A stretch of 64,000 nucleotides of DNA from Candidatus Omnitrophota bacterium (GTDB taxonomy: Bacteria; Omnitrophota; Gorgyraeia; JAFGHF01), in the NCBI GenBank assembly GCA_020341815.1, contig CP070837.1, forward strand, positions 311,035-375,034, read 5' to 3'. Below, piece by piece: positions 1 through 10,176 of this stretch. The translations under genes and the position numbers were made by a program. The notes below the pieces were generated by a model that saw only the letters and a list, made by a program, of their open reading frames with translations, had not been told where the DNA came from and did no database searches. Every line of letters starts with the position of its first letter. Position 1 is the stretch's first letter.

Positions 1-30
1 AAAACACTCACAGAAGTCGGCAAAAAAACA

Positions 31-143
31 ATCACTGAAACCACTGAAAAGAAAGGAGACGCTGAAACCACTGAAGAGTAAACACTGAAACCACTGAAGT
101 TTTTTTCAGTGTTCTCAGTGCTATTAATTCAGTGCCCTCAGTG
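31..143. repeat. Family-1 repeat element, copy A: three direct CACTGAAACCACTGAA units, a T7 run, then two inverted CAGTGNNCTCAGTG units. Immediately upstream of rpsC.
   Basis: Direct reading. The same unit architecture recurs at 11165-11250, 34562-34626 and 63573-63678. Forms an imperfect long hairpin. Confidence 0.75.
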
Positions 144-151
144 TAACGAGA

Positions 152-838
152 ATGGGTCAGAAAGTTCACCCTTATGCATTAAGATTAGGCTATATAAAGA
201 ATTGGAAGTCGTCCTGGTTCTCCAAAAAGAACGATTTTCCAAAGCTTCTCCATGAAGATATTAAAATCCGCAAATATATAAAGAGTAGTTTTACCAATGC
301 GGGTATCTCCAGTATAGAAATTGAAAGGGCCTCGGGAAGGGTAAGGGTTATTCTGCATACTTCCAGGCCAGGCGTAATTATCGGCAGGCGAGGCGCCGAC
401 ATCGACCGGCTTCGAGACGAACTTCAGGATATAACGGGCAAAGAAGTCTTTATTGATATAAAAGAGGTTAAGAATCCCGCAATCGACGCCCAGCTTGTGG
501 CAGAGAATATAGCCTTTCAGCTGGAGAGGAGAGTAGCCTTCAGAAGGGCAATGAAGAAGGCTATTCAGATGGCTATGAATGCCGGAGCCGAGGGGATAAA
601 GATTGCCTGCCGGGGAAGATTGGGCGGAGCGGAGATGTCCAGAAGGGAAGGTTATCGCGAAGGAAAAATTCCCTTGCAGACTTTCCGGGCGGATATAGAT
701 TATGGATTTACCGAGGCAAGGACTGCTTACGGAAGCATTGGAGTTAAGGTTTGGACGTATAAAGGCGAAGTTCATCCAGAGAAATTAAAGGATAAAGATA
801 AAAATGGCGTTGATGCCGAAAAGAGTAAAATATCGTAA
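152..838 (+). CDS. rpsC: 30S ribosomal protein S3
   Basis: [13 protein letters not shown]... KH/S3 signature. Lies in the canonical S10 operon position before rplP. Confidence 0.95.
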   Translation: MGQKVHPYALRLGYIKNWKSSWFSKKNDFPKLLHEDIKIRKYIKSSFTNAGISSIEIERASGRVRVILHTSRPGVIIGRRGADIDRLRDELQDITGKEVFIDIKEVKNPAIDAQLVAENIAFQLERRVAFRRAMKKAIQMAMNAGAEGIKIACRGRLGGAEMSRREGYREGKIPLQTFRADIDYGFTEARTAYGSIGVKVWTYKGEVHPEKLKDKDKNGVDAEKSKIS

Positions 839-1217
839 ATACCAGAGAGGGACGCGTCGGGGACTCTCAACAAAAGCCTCTCGTGTCGCCTTTGGTGAAT
901 ACGGACTGCAGGCCCTGGAGAATGCCTGGTTGAGTAATACGCAGATTGAAGCGGCCAGGGTTTCTCTAACCAGACACCTGAGAGAAGCAGGCAAAGTCTG
1001 GGTCAGGATTTTTCCCGACAAGTCGGTAACCAAAAAACCCGCGGAAACAAGAATGGGCAAAGGTAAAGGCATGCCCGAGCACTGGGTTGCTGTAGTCAGG
1101 CGCGGACGCATTCTCTTTGAGCTGGAAGGCGTGCATGAAAATATAGCCCGCCAGGCCTTGAGGCTGGCGGCGCACAAAATGCCTTTTAGCACAAAGTTTG
1201 TCTCCCGCAAACGTTAG
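804..1217 (+). CDS. rplP: 50S ribosomal protein L16
   Basis: [16 protein letters not shown]... canonical L16 N-terminus. Overlaps the rpsC end. Confidence 0.95.
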   Translation: MALMPKRVKYRKYQRGTRRGLSTKASRVAFGEYGLQALENAWLSNTQIEAARVSLTRHLREAGKVWVRIFPDKSVTKKPAETRMGKGKGMPEHWVAVVRRGRILFELEGVHENIARQALRLAAHKMPFSTKFVSRKR

Positions 1218-1231
1218 GTACGGAGAAAAAA

Positions 1232-1447
1232 ATGAAGCCGAGCGAATTGAGAGAAAAGACCTCATCGGAACTGACGCAAAAGCTCCATTCTTTAAGAGAA
1301 GAATTATTTAATTTAAGATACCAGGCAAAAACAGGAAGGCTGGAGAAGCCCAGCCTTATCAGGAACATTAAAAGGGATATCGCCAGAATCAATACAATAA
1401 CCAAGGAAAAGAAGGATGCAGAAAGAGCGCAACAAAAGAAAAGTTAG
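1232..1447 (+). CDS. rpmC: 50S ribosomal protein L29
   Basis: 71 aa with [28 protein letters not shown], the L29 motif. Conserved order after rplP. Confidence 0.9.
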   Translation: MKPSELREKTSSELTQKLHSLREELFNLRYQAKTGRLEKPSLIRNIKRDIARINTITKEKKDAERAQQKKS

Positions 1448-1673
1448 AAAAGGCACGGTTGTTAGCGACAAAATGGATAAGACCATTGTGGTAAGAGTAG
1501 AGAGGCTTACCAAACACCCGAAATACGGTCGTGTTATATGGCGTGCCAGCAAATTTAAGGTTCACGATCGAGAAAACCAAGCTAAGATGGGCGACAAAGT
1601 GCGGATAATGGAAACCCGCCCGCTTTCCAAAGAGAAAAGATGGCGGCTTATAGAAGTAGTATCTAGTCGCTAG
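1416..1673 (+). CDS. rpsQ: 30S ribosomal protein S17. The start could instead be the internal ATG near 1473 (MDKTIVV).
   Basis: [30 protein letters not shown], the S17 signature. Its stop TAG lies inside the family-2 repeat. Confidence 0.9.
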   Translation: MQKERNKRKVRKGTVVSDKMDKTIVVRVERLTKHPKYGRVIWRASKFKVHDRENQAKMGDKVRIMETRPLSKEKRWRLIEVVSSR

Positions 1674-1776
1674 TATTTAGTCGTTAGTATTTGATATTTA
1701 GTAAAATAAAAAACAATAAAAAACTTTTAACTAGATACTAGATACAAGCGACCAGCGACTGTGAGGAGCGAAGCGA
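1657..1776. repeat. Family-2 repeat element, copy 1: direct TAGTATC/TAGTCGC 7-mers, an AT-rich core, then inverted CTAGATACTAGATACAAGCGAC units. Overlaps the rpsQ stop codon.
   Basis: Direct reading. Homologous copies at 47821-47910 and 62718-62810 share the ...AGTCGTTAGTAT...AGTAAAA...AACTAGATAC(T/C)AGATAC(A/T)AGCGAC(T/C)AGCGACT core. Confidence 0.75.
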
Positions 1777-1782
1777 CGAACA

Positions 1783-2151
1783 ATGATACAGATGCGCACA
1801 ATATTAGATGTAGCGGATAATACCGGAGCAAAACGGGCTTCATGTATCGGTGTAATAGGACGTTCGGGCAAAAGGTTTGCGGATATCGGAGATATTATCA
1901 GCTGCAATATTAAAGAGTCCACTCCTGACGCAGCGGTAAAGAAGGGTGAAGTCGTAAAGGCGGTCGTGGTGCGGACTAAAAGCCCCATCCATCGAGCGGA
2001 TGGCTCAAACCTGAAGTTCGACCGCAATGCCTGTGTAATTATCGATACCCAAATGAATCCGCGGGGAACAAGGATTTTCGGGCCTGTTGCCCGGGAGTTG
2101 AGGGATAAGAATTTTATGAAAATAATCTCTTTAGCGCCAGAGGCCATTTAA
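1783..2151 (+). CDS. rplN: 50S ribosomal protein L14
   Basis: [17 protein letters not shown]... canonical L14. Confidence 0.95.
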   Translation: MIQMRTILDVADNTGAKRASCIGVIGRSGKRFADIGDIISCNIKESTPDAAVKKGEVVKAVVVRTKSPIHRADGSNLKFDRNACVIIDTQMNPRGTRIFGPVARELRDKNFMKIISLAPEAI

Positions 2152-2155
2152 AGCT

Positions 2156-2470
2156 ATGCCAAAGATTAGAAAAAACGATACAGTAATCCTGCGCGCAGGA
2201 AAAGATAAAGGGAAAAAAGGCAAGGTCTTGGGTGTCTTCCCTAAGCGCAATCGCGCCATCGTGGAGGGTGTAAATTTTATAAAAAGGCACACCCGTAAAA
2301 CACGCCAGGACGCGCAGGGAGGAATTATCCAGAAAGAAGCGTCTTTGCATATTTCCAACCTGATGCCTTTCTGCAATAAATGCAATAAGCCCACAAGGAT
2401 TGGTTTTACCCTGTTGAAAGACCGTACCAAAGCAAGAATTTGCAAGAGGTGCCGTGAGGTCATAGGATGA
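2156..2470 (+). CDS. rplX: 50S ribosomal protein L24
   Basis: [23 protein letters not shown]..., the KOW/L24 signature. Follows rplN. Confidence 0.9.
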   Translation: MPKIRKNDTVILRAGKDKGKKGKVLGVFPKRNRAIVEGVNFIKRHTRKTRQDAQGGIIQKEASLHISNLMPFCNKCNKPTRIGFTLLKDRTKARICKRCREVIG

Positions 2471-3018
2471 TGATTCCCAGGTTATTAGAAAAATATAAAA
2501 AAGACATTATTCCGCATATAATGCAGAAATTCGGCTTCAAAAACAGGCTTCAGGTCCCCCGCCTTAAAAAGATAGTCATAAATATGGGTCTGGGGGCCGC
2601 CGCGCACGATGCCAAACTTCTGGAACAGGCGACAGCCGATTTGGCTTTGATTACAGGGCAACGTCCGGTAATTACCAAGGCGCGTAAGGCTATTTCAAAT
2701 TTTAAGATAAGGAAGGGGTCCAAGCTCGGATGTAAAGTTACGCTTCGCGGACGCAGGATGTATGAATTTCTAGACCGCTTGGTTAATGTGGCCCTGCCCA
2801 GAATCAGAGACTTTCGGGGTTTTTCACAGAAGTCTTTCGATGGCCAGGGTAATTACTCTTTAGGGATAAACGAGCAGACTATTTTTCCGGAGATAGATAT
2901 TGATAAGACCCAGAGGCTTCAAGGTATGGATATTACTATAGTAACCACAACCGAAAACCAAGAGCTGGCGCGTGAGCTCTTAAAGGAATTCAACTTCCCT
3001 TTTATGAATCATGGCTAA
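2467..3018 (+). CDS. rplE: 50S ribosomal protein L5
   Basis: 183 aa with ...ITIVTTT... as in L5. Operon position after rplX. Confidence 0.9.
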   Translation: MMIPRLLEKYKKDIIPHIMQKFGFKNRLQVPRLKKIVINMGLGAAAHDAKLLEQATADLALITGQRPVITKARKAISNFKIRKGSKLGCKVTLRGRRMYEFLDRLVNVALPRIRDFRGFSQKSFDGQGNYSLGINEQTIFPEIDIDKTQRLQGMDITIVTTTENQELARELLKEFNFPFMNHG

Positions 3019-3196
3019 AAAATCACTAATAGCGAAAGCGGAGAGAAAACCTAAATTCAAAGTCAGGAAATACCATCGCTGTAAAATTTGCGGAAGGCGC
3101 AGAGGATATATGCGCCGCTTTGGAATCTGTAGAATCTGTTTTCGTGAATTGGCCTGGCGCGGAGAAATTCCCGGTGTCACTAAGGCCAGTTGGTAA
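3011..3196 (+). CDS. rpsZ: 30S ribosomal protein S14, type Z (zinc-binding)
   Basis: 61 aa carrying the [23 protein letters not shown] zinc ribbon. Confidence 0.9.
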   Translation: MAKKSLIAKAERKPKFKVRKYHRCKICGRRRGYMRRFGICRICFRELAWRGEIPGVTKASW

Positions 3197-3215
3197 CAAG
3201 AGGAAGGCATAAAAG

Positions 3216-3614
3216 ATGAGCATAACTGATCCCTTAGCGGATATGTTCACGGTTATCCGCAATGCAGGAAACGCAAAGAAGGATAAGGCGGAATTTCCCT
3301 CATCCAAATTTAAAATAGAAATCCTGGATGTCCTGAAAAAAGAAGGATATATCAGAAATTATAAATATATCAGCGACAAAAAACAAGGTCGCTTACGCGT
3401 TTACTTAAGGTTTAAAAAAGAAAAAAAGCCGGCCATAACCATGATAAAACGTATCTCTAGACCGGGCCTCCGAGTCTATGTGTCAAAAGATGAGATTCCC
3501 CGGGTACTGCGGGGAATGGGCATGGCCATAATTTCTACCTCTTCCGGAATCCTCACCGACTCCCAGGCAAGAACGCAAGGCGTGGGTGGAGAGGTAATCT
3601 GTTATTTGTGGTAA
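3216..3614 (+). CDS. rpsH: 30S ribosomal protein S8
   Basis: MSITDPLADMFTVIRNA... S8 N-terminus. Conserved order. Confidence 0.92.
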   Translation: MSITDPLADMFTVIRNAGNAKKDKAEFPSSKFKIEILDVLKKEGYIRNYKYISDKKQGRLRVYLRFKKEKKPAITMIKRISRPGLRVYVSKDEIPRVLRGMGMAIISTSSGILTDSQARTQGVGGEVICYLW

Positions 3615-3626
3615 AGGAGTCAGAAG

Positions 3627-4163
3627 GTGTCCCGTATAGGAAAGAATCCAATAAATATTCCTGCAGGCGTCAAGGCCCAGGTCAGCGGTTCAAATATAAC
3701 CATCGAAGGGGCGAAAGGCAAGCTGAGCAGGGTTATCCATTCACGCATAAAAGTGCAGGTAAAAGATAATCAAATTGTAGTAACAAGGCCTACCAACTCA
3801 AACCAGGACAGGTCCTTGCATGGCTTAACGAGGAATCTTATTTATAATATGGTTAAAGGCGTAAGCGAAGGTTTTAACAAAGAGTTAGAAATAAAGGGTG
3901 TGGGTTTCCGTGCTCAAGCCAGCGGCAAATCCTTAAACCTTCAATTAGGATTTTCTCACCCGGTAGTTTTTACTATCCCTGAGGGTATTTCTATAGAGAC
4001 GCCTAAGCCTGTGCAGATTGTAATCAAAGGGATTGATAAGGAAAAGGTAGGCAGTGTAGCGGCAAAAATAAGGTCTTTTTATAAGCCTGAGCCTTATAAG
4101 GGTAAAGGAATCAGATATAAAGACGAATATGTCAGGCATAAAGTTGGTAAGGCTGTTGCTTAA
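3627..4163 (+). CDS. rplF: 50S ribosomal protein L6
   Basis: MSRIGKNPINIPAGV..., the L6 signature. Confidence 0.92.
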   Translation: MSRIGKNPINIPAGVKAQVSGSNITIEGAKGKLSRVIHSRIKVQVKDNQIVVTRPTNSNQDRSLHGLTRNLIYNMVKGVSEGFNKELEIKGVGFRAQASGKSLNLQLGFSHPVVFTIPEGISIETPKPVQIVIKGIDKEKVGSVAAKIRSFYKPEPYKGKGIRYKDEYVRHKVGKAVA

Positions 4164-4175
4164 TCAGGAAGACGA

Positions 4176-4538
4176 ATGGACGAGAAGAAAATAAAGCGAA
4201 TCAGAAGGCATAAAAGAATCCGCAGGAAAGTCTTTGGCACAAAGACTAAACCCAGACTTTGCGTATTTCGCAGTCTGAACAATATCTACGCCCAGCTCAT
4301 TGACGATATAAATGAGCGGACTCTATTATCAGTCTCTACGGCCAATAAGGATTTCAAGAAAAAAGTCAAAAGTTCCAGCGGAAATGCCAAGGCGGCTGCG
4401 GCCTTGGGCGAGGTTTTTGCCGAAGAGGCAAAGAAAAAAGGAATCAGCGAAGTCGTTTTTGACAGGGCAGGATTTCTTTATCATGGCAGGGTGCGCGCAT
4501 TGGCTGAGTCTGCGCGCAAGCACGGATTGAAATTTTAG
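4176..4538 (+). CDS. rplR: 50S ribosomal protein L18
   Basis: 120 aa with RLCVFRSLNNIYAQLID... and C-terminal ...FDRAGFLYHGRVRALAE, as in L18. Confidence 0.92.
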   Translation: MDEKKIKRIRRHKRIRRKVFGTKTKPRLCVFRSLNNIYAQLIDDINERTLLSVSTANKDFKKKVKSSSGNAKAAAALGEVFAEEAKKKGISEVVFDRAGFLYHGRVRALAESARKHGLKF

Positions 4539-4557
4539 GATTAAGGACTAAACCAAA

Positions 4558-5187
4558 ATGGCGGAGAAAAAATCACAAAAAAAAGCAGAAGAGACGAAAC
4601 AGGCCCGCCTAAAGACTGGCGGACAGGCCCGCCCGCCCTCGGCTTCGCCGAGAGGCGAGACGGCGAGGCAGGAAGAGCTGAAACAGCCGGAATTAATAGA
4701 AAAAGTAGTTGCTGTTAATCGCACTGCAAAAGTAGTTAAGGGTGGCCGGCGTTTCGCATTTAGCGCTTTGGTAGTGGTGGGGGATGCTTGCGGTAATCTG
4801 GGTTATGGCTTCGGCAAGGCGCGTGAAGTGGCTGAGGCCATTCGTAAAGGTTTAAATGCAGCCAAGAAACATATGTTTAAGGTTTCCTTAAAAGATACCA
4901 CCATTATTCATGAAATTGAAGGAAAGTTTAGCGCGGCAAGAGTTATTTTAAAGCCCGCCTCAAAAGGAACAGGGGTAATTGCCGGCGGGGCGGTGAGAGC
5001 GGTATGTGAAGCCGCGGGAATTAAGGATATATTAACTAAAAGTATTCGTTCCGATAATCCTATCAATGTAGCCAGGGCCGCTATCGAAGGTCTGCTTAGT
5101 CTGAAAACTGAAAAAACTCAAAGTCAAACTTTCATAGATGAGTCTGAGGCTGAGGCCGAAGAAGAGGCAACTGATGCGACTCAATGA
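4558..5187 (+). CDS. rpsE: 30S ribosomal protein S5, with a basic N-terminal and an acidic C-terminal extension
   Basis: Core [27 protein letters not shown] is S5. The 209 aa length is longer than a typical S5. Confidence 0.9.
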   Translation: MAEKKSQKKAEETKQARLKTGGQARPPSASPRGETARQEELKQPELIEKVVAVNRTAKVVKGGRRFAFSALVVVGDACGNLGYGFGKAREVAEAIRKGLNAAKKHMFKVSLKDTTIIHEIEGKFSAARVILKPASKGTGVIAGGAVRAVCEAAGIKDILTKSIRSDNPINVARAAIEGLLSLKTEKTQSQTFIDESEAEAEEEATDATQ

Positions 5188-5617
5188 TTTATATCCCTCA
5201 AAAGGCACAAACAAGAAGCCCAAGCGCGTAGGAAGAGGTATAGGCTCCGGTCACGGCAAGACTTCCTGCCGGGGGCATAAAGGTCAAAAGGCCCGTTCCG
5301 GCAGAAAACTGCGACCCGGTTTCGAAGGAGGGCAGATGCCTATAGCGCGCAGGCTGCCAAAAAGGGGATTTAGAAATCGTTTCAAAAAAGAATATCAGAT
5401 AATCAATGTTGAGCAGTTGAATAAGTTCAGGAAAGATTCCACGATAACGCCTCAGATACTTCAGGATGAGGGTCTGATTAAGGATGCTCAAATGCCTATT
5501 AAGATTTTAGGCAAGGGAAAAATCGCAAAGGTATTAAATATTCAAACCCCCGCCATCTCCCAACAGGCAAAAGAGAAGATAGAGAAGGCCGGCGGAAAAG
5601 TAAGCACGGTATGTTAA
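5174..5617 (+). CDS. rplO: 50S ribosomal protein L15. The track ORF begins at 5138; I prefer the ATG at 5174.
   Basis: [11 protein letters not shown]...[21 protein letters not shown], the L15 signature. No L30 gene lies between rpsE and rplO. Confidence 0.88.
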   Translation: MRLNDLYPSKGTNKKPKRVGRGIGSGHGKTSCRGHKGQKARSGRKLRPGFEGGQMPIARRLPKRGFRNRFKKEYQIINVEQLNKFRKDSTITPQILQDEGLIKDAQMPIKILGKGKIAKVLNIQTPAISQQAKEKIEKAGGKVSTVC

Positions 5618-6942
5618 AGGCTTTATCGAATATTTTTAAGATTCCGGATCTAAGACGAAGGGTGCTGTTTACTCTGGGTCTTTTTGCTGTTTATAGAATC
5701 GGCGCGTTTATTCCTACGCCGGGAATAGACAGCTCAAAACTGGCTCAATTTTTTGATAACATCGCTAAAAGCCAGGGCGGTACGCTCTTTGGAATAATGA
5801 ATATGTTTAGCGGCGGGGCGATGCGCAGACTTACGGTATTCGCCCTGGGGATTATGCCCTATATTTCGGCCTCAATTATTCTGCAGCTTTTGACTACGGT
5901 CGTGCCTTATCTGGAAAAATTAAGCAAAGAAGGCGAAATGGGCAGAAAGAAGATTATCCAGTATACCCGCTACGGAACTATCGTTCTTTCTATAATCCAG
6001 TCCTTTTTTGTGAGCGTGTGGCTGGAAAATCCGGCTCATTTTCAAGGCCTGCAGATAGTGCAGCTTCCCGGATGGCCTTTCAGGCTGCTGACAGTATTAA
6101 CATTGACTACGGGATGCGCTTTTATTATGTGGCTGGGAGAGCAAATCCAGGAATACGGAATAGGCAACGGAATTTCCCTGATTATTACCGTAGGAATTAT
6201 TTCCCGGCTGCCCAGTGCCCTGTATCAGGTTGGTTTCTATTTGAGAAGAGGACAGATGCAGCCTTTTATTCTGTTGCTTATGGTGATAATAATGCTGGCG
6301 GTAATCGTGGCGGTTATTCTGATTACCCAGGGCCAACGCAGGATACCGGTGCAATATGCCCGCAGGATTATCGGGCGCCGGGTTTACGGTGGACAGAGTA
6401 CCTATATCCCCTTACGGGTAAATCAGGCAGGTGTAATACCCATAATCTTTGCCCAGTCCATTATACTTTTTCCGGCAACTTTAGCCGGGCTTATGCCGTC
6501 TCCTTTTTTGCAGTCTTTAGCTGCTTCGCTTACGCAAGGGGGGCTTTTGTATTTTATTTTATATTCGGGGCTGATTATTTTCTTCAGTTATTTTTATACG
6601 GCAATAACGTTTAATCCTGTGGACGTAGCCGAAAATATGCGCAAATACGGAGGCTTTGTTCCCGGAATAAGGCCGGGAAAACCCACCGCTCAATATTTCG
6701 ATTTTATTTTAACGCGGATAACGCTTCCGGGAGCAATCTTTCTGGCAATAATTGCTATATTTCCGCAGTTTATCGGCGCATGGCTGCGTATTCCCTACCT
6801 GGTAGCTTCGTTTTTCGGCGGCACAGGGCTTTTGATTATGGTAGGTGTTGTGCTGGATACAATGAGACAGGTGGAATCGCATCTTCTGATGAGACATTAC
6901 GAAGGATTTATGAAAAAAGGGAAATTGAAAGGACGACGCTGA
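5611..6942 (+). CDS. secY: Preprotein translocase subunit SecY
   Basis: 443 aa, 10-TM profile with conserved SecY motifs (GIMPYISASII). Position after rplO. Confidence 0.95.
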   Translation: MLKALSNIFKIPDLRRRVLFTLGLFAVYRIGAFIPTPGIDSSKLAQFFDNIAKSQGGTLFGIMNMFSGGAMRRLTVFALGIMPYISASIILQLLTTVVPYLEKLSKEGEMGRKKIIQYTRYGTIVLSIIQSFFVSVWLENPAHFQGLQIVQLPGWPFRLLTVLTLTTGCAFIMWLGEQIQEYGIGNGISLIITVGIISRLPSALYQVGFYLRRGQMQPFILLLMVIIMLAVIVAVILITQGQRRIPVQYARRIIGRRVYGGQSTYIPLRVNQAGVIPIIFAQSIILFPATLAGLMPSPFLQSLAASLTQGGLLYFILYSGLIIFFSYFYTAITFNPVDVAENMRKYGGFVPGIRPGKPTAQYFDFILTRITLPGAIFLAIIAIFPQFIGAWLRIPYLVASFFGGTGLLIMVGVVLDTMRQVESHLLMRHYEGFMKKGKLKGRR

Positions 6943-6944
6943 TT

Positions 6945-7607
6945 ATGCGATTGGTGCTTTTGGGTCCACCCGGAGCAGGTAAAGGCACGCAGGCGAAGCT
7001 GCTTTCGGAAAAATTTAATATTCCGCATATCTCTACAGGGGATATGTTGCGCGATGAGGTGCGCGAAAAAACAGAGCTCGGGCATAAAGTTGCCGAATTT
7101 GTCAAAATCGGAGAATTGGTTCCGGACGATATCGTTATAAAGGTTGTTATACACAGATTAAGTAAACCCGATGCTAAAGCCGGATTTATCCTTGATGGTT
7201 TTCCGCGCACGCTTAAGCAGGCTGAAGAACTGAACAAGGCCCTAAGAGAGTTAAATATTTCTATTGACCGGGTTATTTATTTTCAAACAACACCCGAAGT
7301 GAGCATAAAGAGGCTTTCGGGAAGACGGGTTTGTGAAGGTTGCGGGGTAAACTTCCACCTGATTAATATGCCGCCTAAACATGAGGGAATTTGCGACTTT
7401 TGCGGCAAAGAACTCTTTTTAAGAGAAGACGATAAGGAAGAGACAGTAAAGAAAAGGCTGGAAATTTACCGGAAGGAAACAGTTAGTTTAATCGATTATT
7501 ATAAAAATAACGGAAGTTTAAGGGAAGTCTCCGGAGATTTAGAAGCGAACAAGTTAAATAGTCAACTCCTAAAGATGTTTGCCGAAGAAAAATTGATAGC
7601 TAAATGA
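6945..7607 (+). CDS. adk: Adenylate kinase (zinc-lid type). The track ORF at 6780 is a spurious 5' extension that overlaps secY.
   Basis: MRLVLLGPPGAGKGTQ P-loop. CEGCG...CDFCG zinc lid. ATG at 6945 lies 2 nt after the secY stop. Confidence 0.92.
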   Translation: MRLVLLGPPGAGKGTQAKLLSEKFNIPHISTGDMLRDEVREKTELGHKVAEFVKIGELVPDDIVIKVVIHRLSKPDAKAGFILDGFPRTLKQAEELNKALRELNISIDRVIYFQTTPEVSIKRLSGRRVCEGCGVNFHLINMPPKHEGICDFCGKELFLREDDKEETVKKRLEIYRKETVSLIDYYKNNGSLREVSGDLEANKLNSQLLKMFAEEKLIAK

Positions 7608-8353
7608 TAAAGGTTAAGAGTGCCGAAGAGATTGAGCTGATCAGGCGTGCCTGTGGGGTGGTAAGTGAGGTTATTAAACAGCTCAAGGTTTATGTACGAA
7701 CAGGCATTTCTACAAAACAACTGGATGAGCTGGCCAAGAAGTTGTTGAGGGAACTCGGAGCAACTTCGGCCTTTAAAGGATATCGGGGATACCCCGCTAA
7801 TATTTGCACCTCGGTTAATGAACAGGTTGTTCATGGTATTCCCGGCAGCCGCCGGCTCAAAGAAGGCGACATAATAAGCATAGACGTGGGGGCAAAGTTA
7901 AAGGGATATTTCGGAGATGCGGCCTGCACCTGGCCCGTAGGAAGGATTTCGCAAAAGGCCGATAAGCTTTTGTCTGTTGGCCGCGGCGCCCTGGCTGCAG
8001 GTATTGCTCAGGCTTGCGAAGGCAATCATCTTTTGGATATTTCCAGCCACATCCAATCCTATGTCGAATCTTCGGGGTGTTCGGTAGTGCGTAAGTTTGT
8101 AGGGCACGGGATCGGTTCTCAAATGCATGAAGAGCCGGAGATACCCAATTTCGGAAAAGCCGGGCTTGGGCCCCTTTTGAAGGCCGGAATGGTGCTGGCA
8201 ATTGAGCCTATGGTCAATGAAGGCACCTTCGAAGTCGAGATTTTGAAAGACAAGTGGACGGCAGTAACTAAAGACAGAAAACTTTCTGCGCATTTTGAAC
8301 ACACTGTCTGCGTAACTAAAGATAAACCGGAAGTTCTAACTGCCTGGGAGTAG
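7604..8353 (+). CDS. map: Methionine aminopeptidase type I
   Basis: 249 aa with MAP metal-ligand motifs (...[15 protein letters not shown]..., ...HGIG...). Conserved position after adk. Confidence 0.92.
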   Translation: MIKVKSAEEIELIRRACGVVSEVIKQLKVYVRTGISTKQLDELAKKLLRELGATSAFKGYRGYPANICTSVNEQVVHGIPGSRRLKEGDIISIDVGAKLKGYFGDAACTWPVGRISQKADKLLSVGRGALAAGIAQACEGNHLLDISSHIQSYVESSGCSVVRKFVGHGIGSQMHEEPEIPNFGKAGLGPLLKAGMVLAIEPMVNEGTFEVEILKDKWTAVTKDRKLSAHFEHTVCVTKDKPEVLTAWE

Positions 8354-8358
8354 GTAAA

Positions 8359-8577
8359 ATGGCTAAAGAAGAACCCTTGGAAGTTACCGGCACGGTTACC
8401 GAATCTCTGCCCAACGCTACCTTTCGCGTAGAATTGGAAAACGGACATAAGATTCTCGCCCATATATCCGGAAAAATGAGAATGAACTTCATCAGAATTC
8501 TACCGGGAGATAAGGTAACCATAGAGATGTCGCCTTATGATTTAAGCAAAGGGCGAATAGTTTATCGGAATAAGTAA
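8359..8577 (+). CDS. infA: Translation initiation factor IF-1
   Basis: 72 aa with [31 protein letters not shown], the S1-like IF-1 signature. Confidence 0.95.
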   Translation: MAKEEPLEVTGTVTESLPNATFRVELENGHKILAHISGKMRMNFIRILPGDKVTIEMSPYDLSKGRIVYRNK

Positions 8578-8592
8578 GTGAGGACATAAATA

Positions 8593-8706
8593 ATGAAAGT
8601 TAAGGCCTCTATAAAAAGGATTTGCGAAAAGTGTAAGATTGTAAAACGCAAAGGCGTGCTGCGAGTAATTTGCGCCGACCCCAAACATAAACAAAGACAA
8701 GGATGA
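8593..8706 (+). CDS. rpmJ: 50S ribosomal protein L36 (not in the ORF track; translated by hand)
   Basis: My translation [37 protein letters not shown] gives 37 aa with the C-x2-C...C...H zinc ribbon. Canonical slot between infA and rpsM. Confidence 0.9.
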   Translation: MKVKASIKRICEKCKIVKRKGVLRVICADPKHKQRQG

Positions 8707-8712
8707 TTTGAT

Positions 8713-9117
8713 ATGCCCAGAATTATAGGTGTGGATATACCCAAGGAAAAAAGGATTGAGATAGCCCTTACCTATATCCATGGTATTGGTCGCTCCATCT
8801 CAAATAAATTATTGCGCCTTGCCGCAATTAATCCTGATATGCGCGCCAAGGATTTAACCGAGGAAGAAATTGCCAAATTGACCGGCGTGATTCAGAGAGA
8901 GGTCAAGGCAGAAGGAGATCTAAGAAGAGAACTTGCGCAAAATATCAAGCGACTGATTGAAATCGGTAGCTGGCGGGGTTTAAGGCACAAAAGAGGGCTT
9001 CCTGTGCGGGGCCAGAGAACCAGGACCAATGCCCGGACCCGAAAAGGTCCTCGTAAAACAATAGGCGCGATAAAAGCAAAGGCCGCCGCAGCTCCTGCTA
9101 AAGAAGCGGCTAAATAA
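8713..9117 (+). CDS. rpsM: 30S ribosomal protein S13
   Basis: [26 protein letters not shown]... S13. Confidence 0.95.
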   Translation: MPRIIGVDIPKEKRIEIALTYIHGIGRSISNKLLRLAAINPDMRAKDLTEEEIAKLTGVIQREVKAEGDLRRELAQNIKRLIEIGSWRGLRHKRGLPVRGQRTRTNARTRKGPRKTIGAIKAKAAAAPAKEAAK

Positions 9118-9141
9118 ACCTACTAATATAAGAGGAAAAAA

Positions 9142-9537
9142 ATGGCTAAACCCCAACAAAGAACAAAAGTTAAAAAAAGGGTAATTCATGATCCCTCAGG
9201 TTGCATTGCCCACATCCAGGCAACTTTCAATAACACGATAATTACTATTACGGACAATAAAGGTGGCGCCATTAGCTGGGCCAGCAGCGGATTGGTCGGT
9301 TTTAAGGGTTCAAAGAAATCGACTCCCTTTGCCGCGCAACGAGCTGCCGAACATGTCGCCCGTAAAGCCAAGGAACTGGGAGTAAAACAGGTAGAGGTAT
9401 ATGTAAAAGGCCCCGGTTCAGGCAGAGAATCAGCCATTCGCGCCATACAGGCCGCAGGACTTTCTATCGTGGCAATAAGAGACGTTACTCCTATTCCGCA
9501 TAATGGCTGCAGGCCACCAAAACGCAGGAGAGTGTAA
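9142..9537 (+). CDS. rpsK: 30S ribosomal protein S11
   Basis: 131 aa with ...[17 protein letters not shown]... S11. Confidence 0.95.
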   Translation: MAKPQQRTKVKKRVIHDPSGCIAHIQATFNNTIITITDNKGGAISWASSGLVGFKGSKKSTPFAAQRAAEHVARKAKELGVKQVEVYVKGPGSGRESAIRAIQAAGLSIVAIRDVTPIPHNGCRPPKRRRV

Positions 9538-10163
9538 TGGCAAGATATAGAGGCGCACTTTGCCGGCTATGCAGAAGAGAAGGGACAAAGTTATTTCTTA
9601 AAGGCGAAAGGTGTATGACACCTAAATGTGCACTGACCAGAAGGTCTTATTCTCCCGGTCAACACGGCAAACGACGGGCTAAGCTTTCGGATTACGCCTT
9701 GCAGCTTCGGGAGAAACAAAAAGTGCGCAGGATTTACGGCATTAACGAGCATCAATTCAGATTATATTTTGAGAAAGCCGAAAAGACCAAGATGGTTACA
9801 GGAACAGTTCTATTGCAACTATTGGAAAGAAGACTGGATAACGTAATTTTTAGTTTAGGCTTTGCTGCTTCTCGCAGTCAGGCCAGACAAATAGTTAAAC
9901 ACAGATTTGTGTGTGTAAATTCAAGGCCGGTGGATATCCCCTCTTTTTTAATTAAAGAGAAGGATGTAATTTCCATCAAGAGCGATGAAAAGAAAAGAAA
10001 GCGGCTTCAAGAGATTATCAAGCTTACCAAAGATAGAAGCGTACCTGAATGGCTGAAGGTTGAGCCTGAAAGATTAGAGGGCACTGTTACAAGACTGCCC
10101 CAGAGGGAAGACATCCAATTTCCCATCCAGGAGCAGTTGATTGTAGAGCTGTATTCAAAGTAA
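9537..10163 (+). CDS. rpsD: 30S ribosomal protein S4
   Basis: [16 protein letters not shown]... zinc-type S4 N-terminus. Includes an S4 RNA-binding domain. Confidence 0.95.
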   Translation: MARYRGALCRLCRREGTKLFLKGERCMTPKCALTRRSYSPGQHGKRRAKLSDYALQLREKQKVRRIYGINEHQFRLYFEKAEKTKMVTGTVLLQLLERRLDNVIFSLGFAASRSQARQIVKHRFVCVNSRPVDIPSFLIKEKDVISIKSDEKKRKRLQEIIKLTKDRSVPEWLKVEPERLEGTVTRLPQREDIQFPIQEQLIVELYSK

Positions 10164-10176
10164 ACCAGGAGGCAAA

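Noticed and set aside
1-150. Short tandem repeats considered as a CRISPR array
   Set aside because: Units are 8-17 bp with no interspersed unique spacers of about 30 bp. They are organised as direct plus inverted arrays (hairpins), not as repeat-spacer arrays. No cas genes are present.
185-775. 196-aa minus-strand ORF (and many similar minus-strand ORFs across the window, e.g. 785-1210, 1731-2147, 34597-35079, 59863-60321)
   Set aside because: These lie entirely antisense to well-supported + strand genes (ribosomal proteins and so on). They have no RBS and no recognisable motifs, and are typical shadow ORFs of coding sequence of about 50% GC.
6018-6614. 198-aa + strand ORF inside secY in another frame
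   Set aside because: Embedded in the conserved secY reading frame. Its Gly/Arg/Tyr-rich composition is a frame artefact of the hydrophobic secY codons.
6780-6944. 5' extension of the adk ORF back to 6780
   Set aside because: It overlaps the 3' end of secY by 160 nt. The canonical Adk N-terminus MRLVLLGPPGAGKGT starts at 6945, right after the secY stop.
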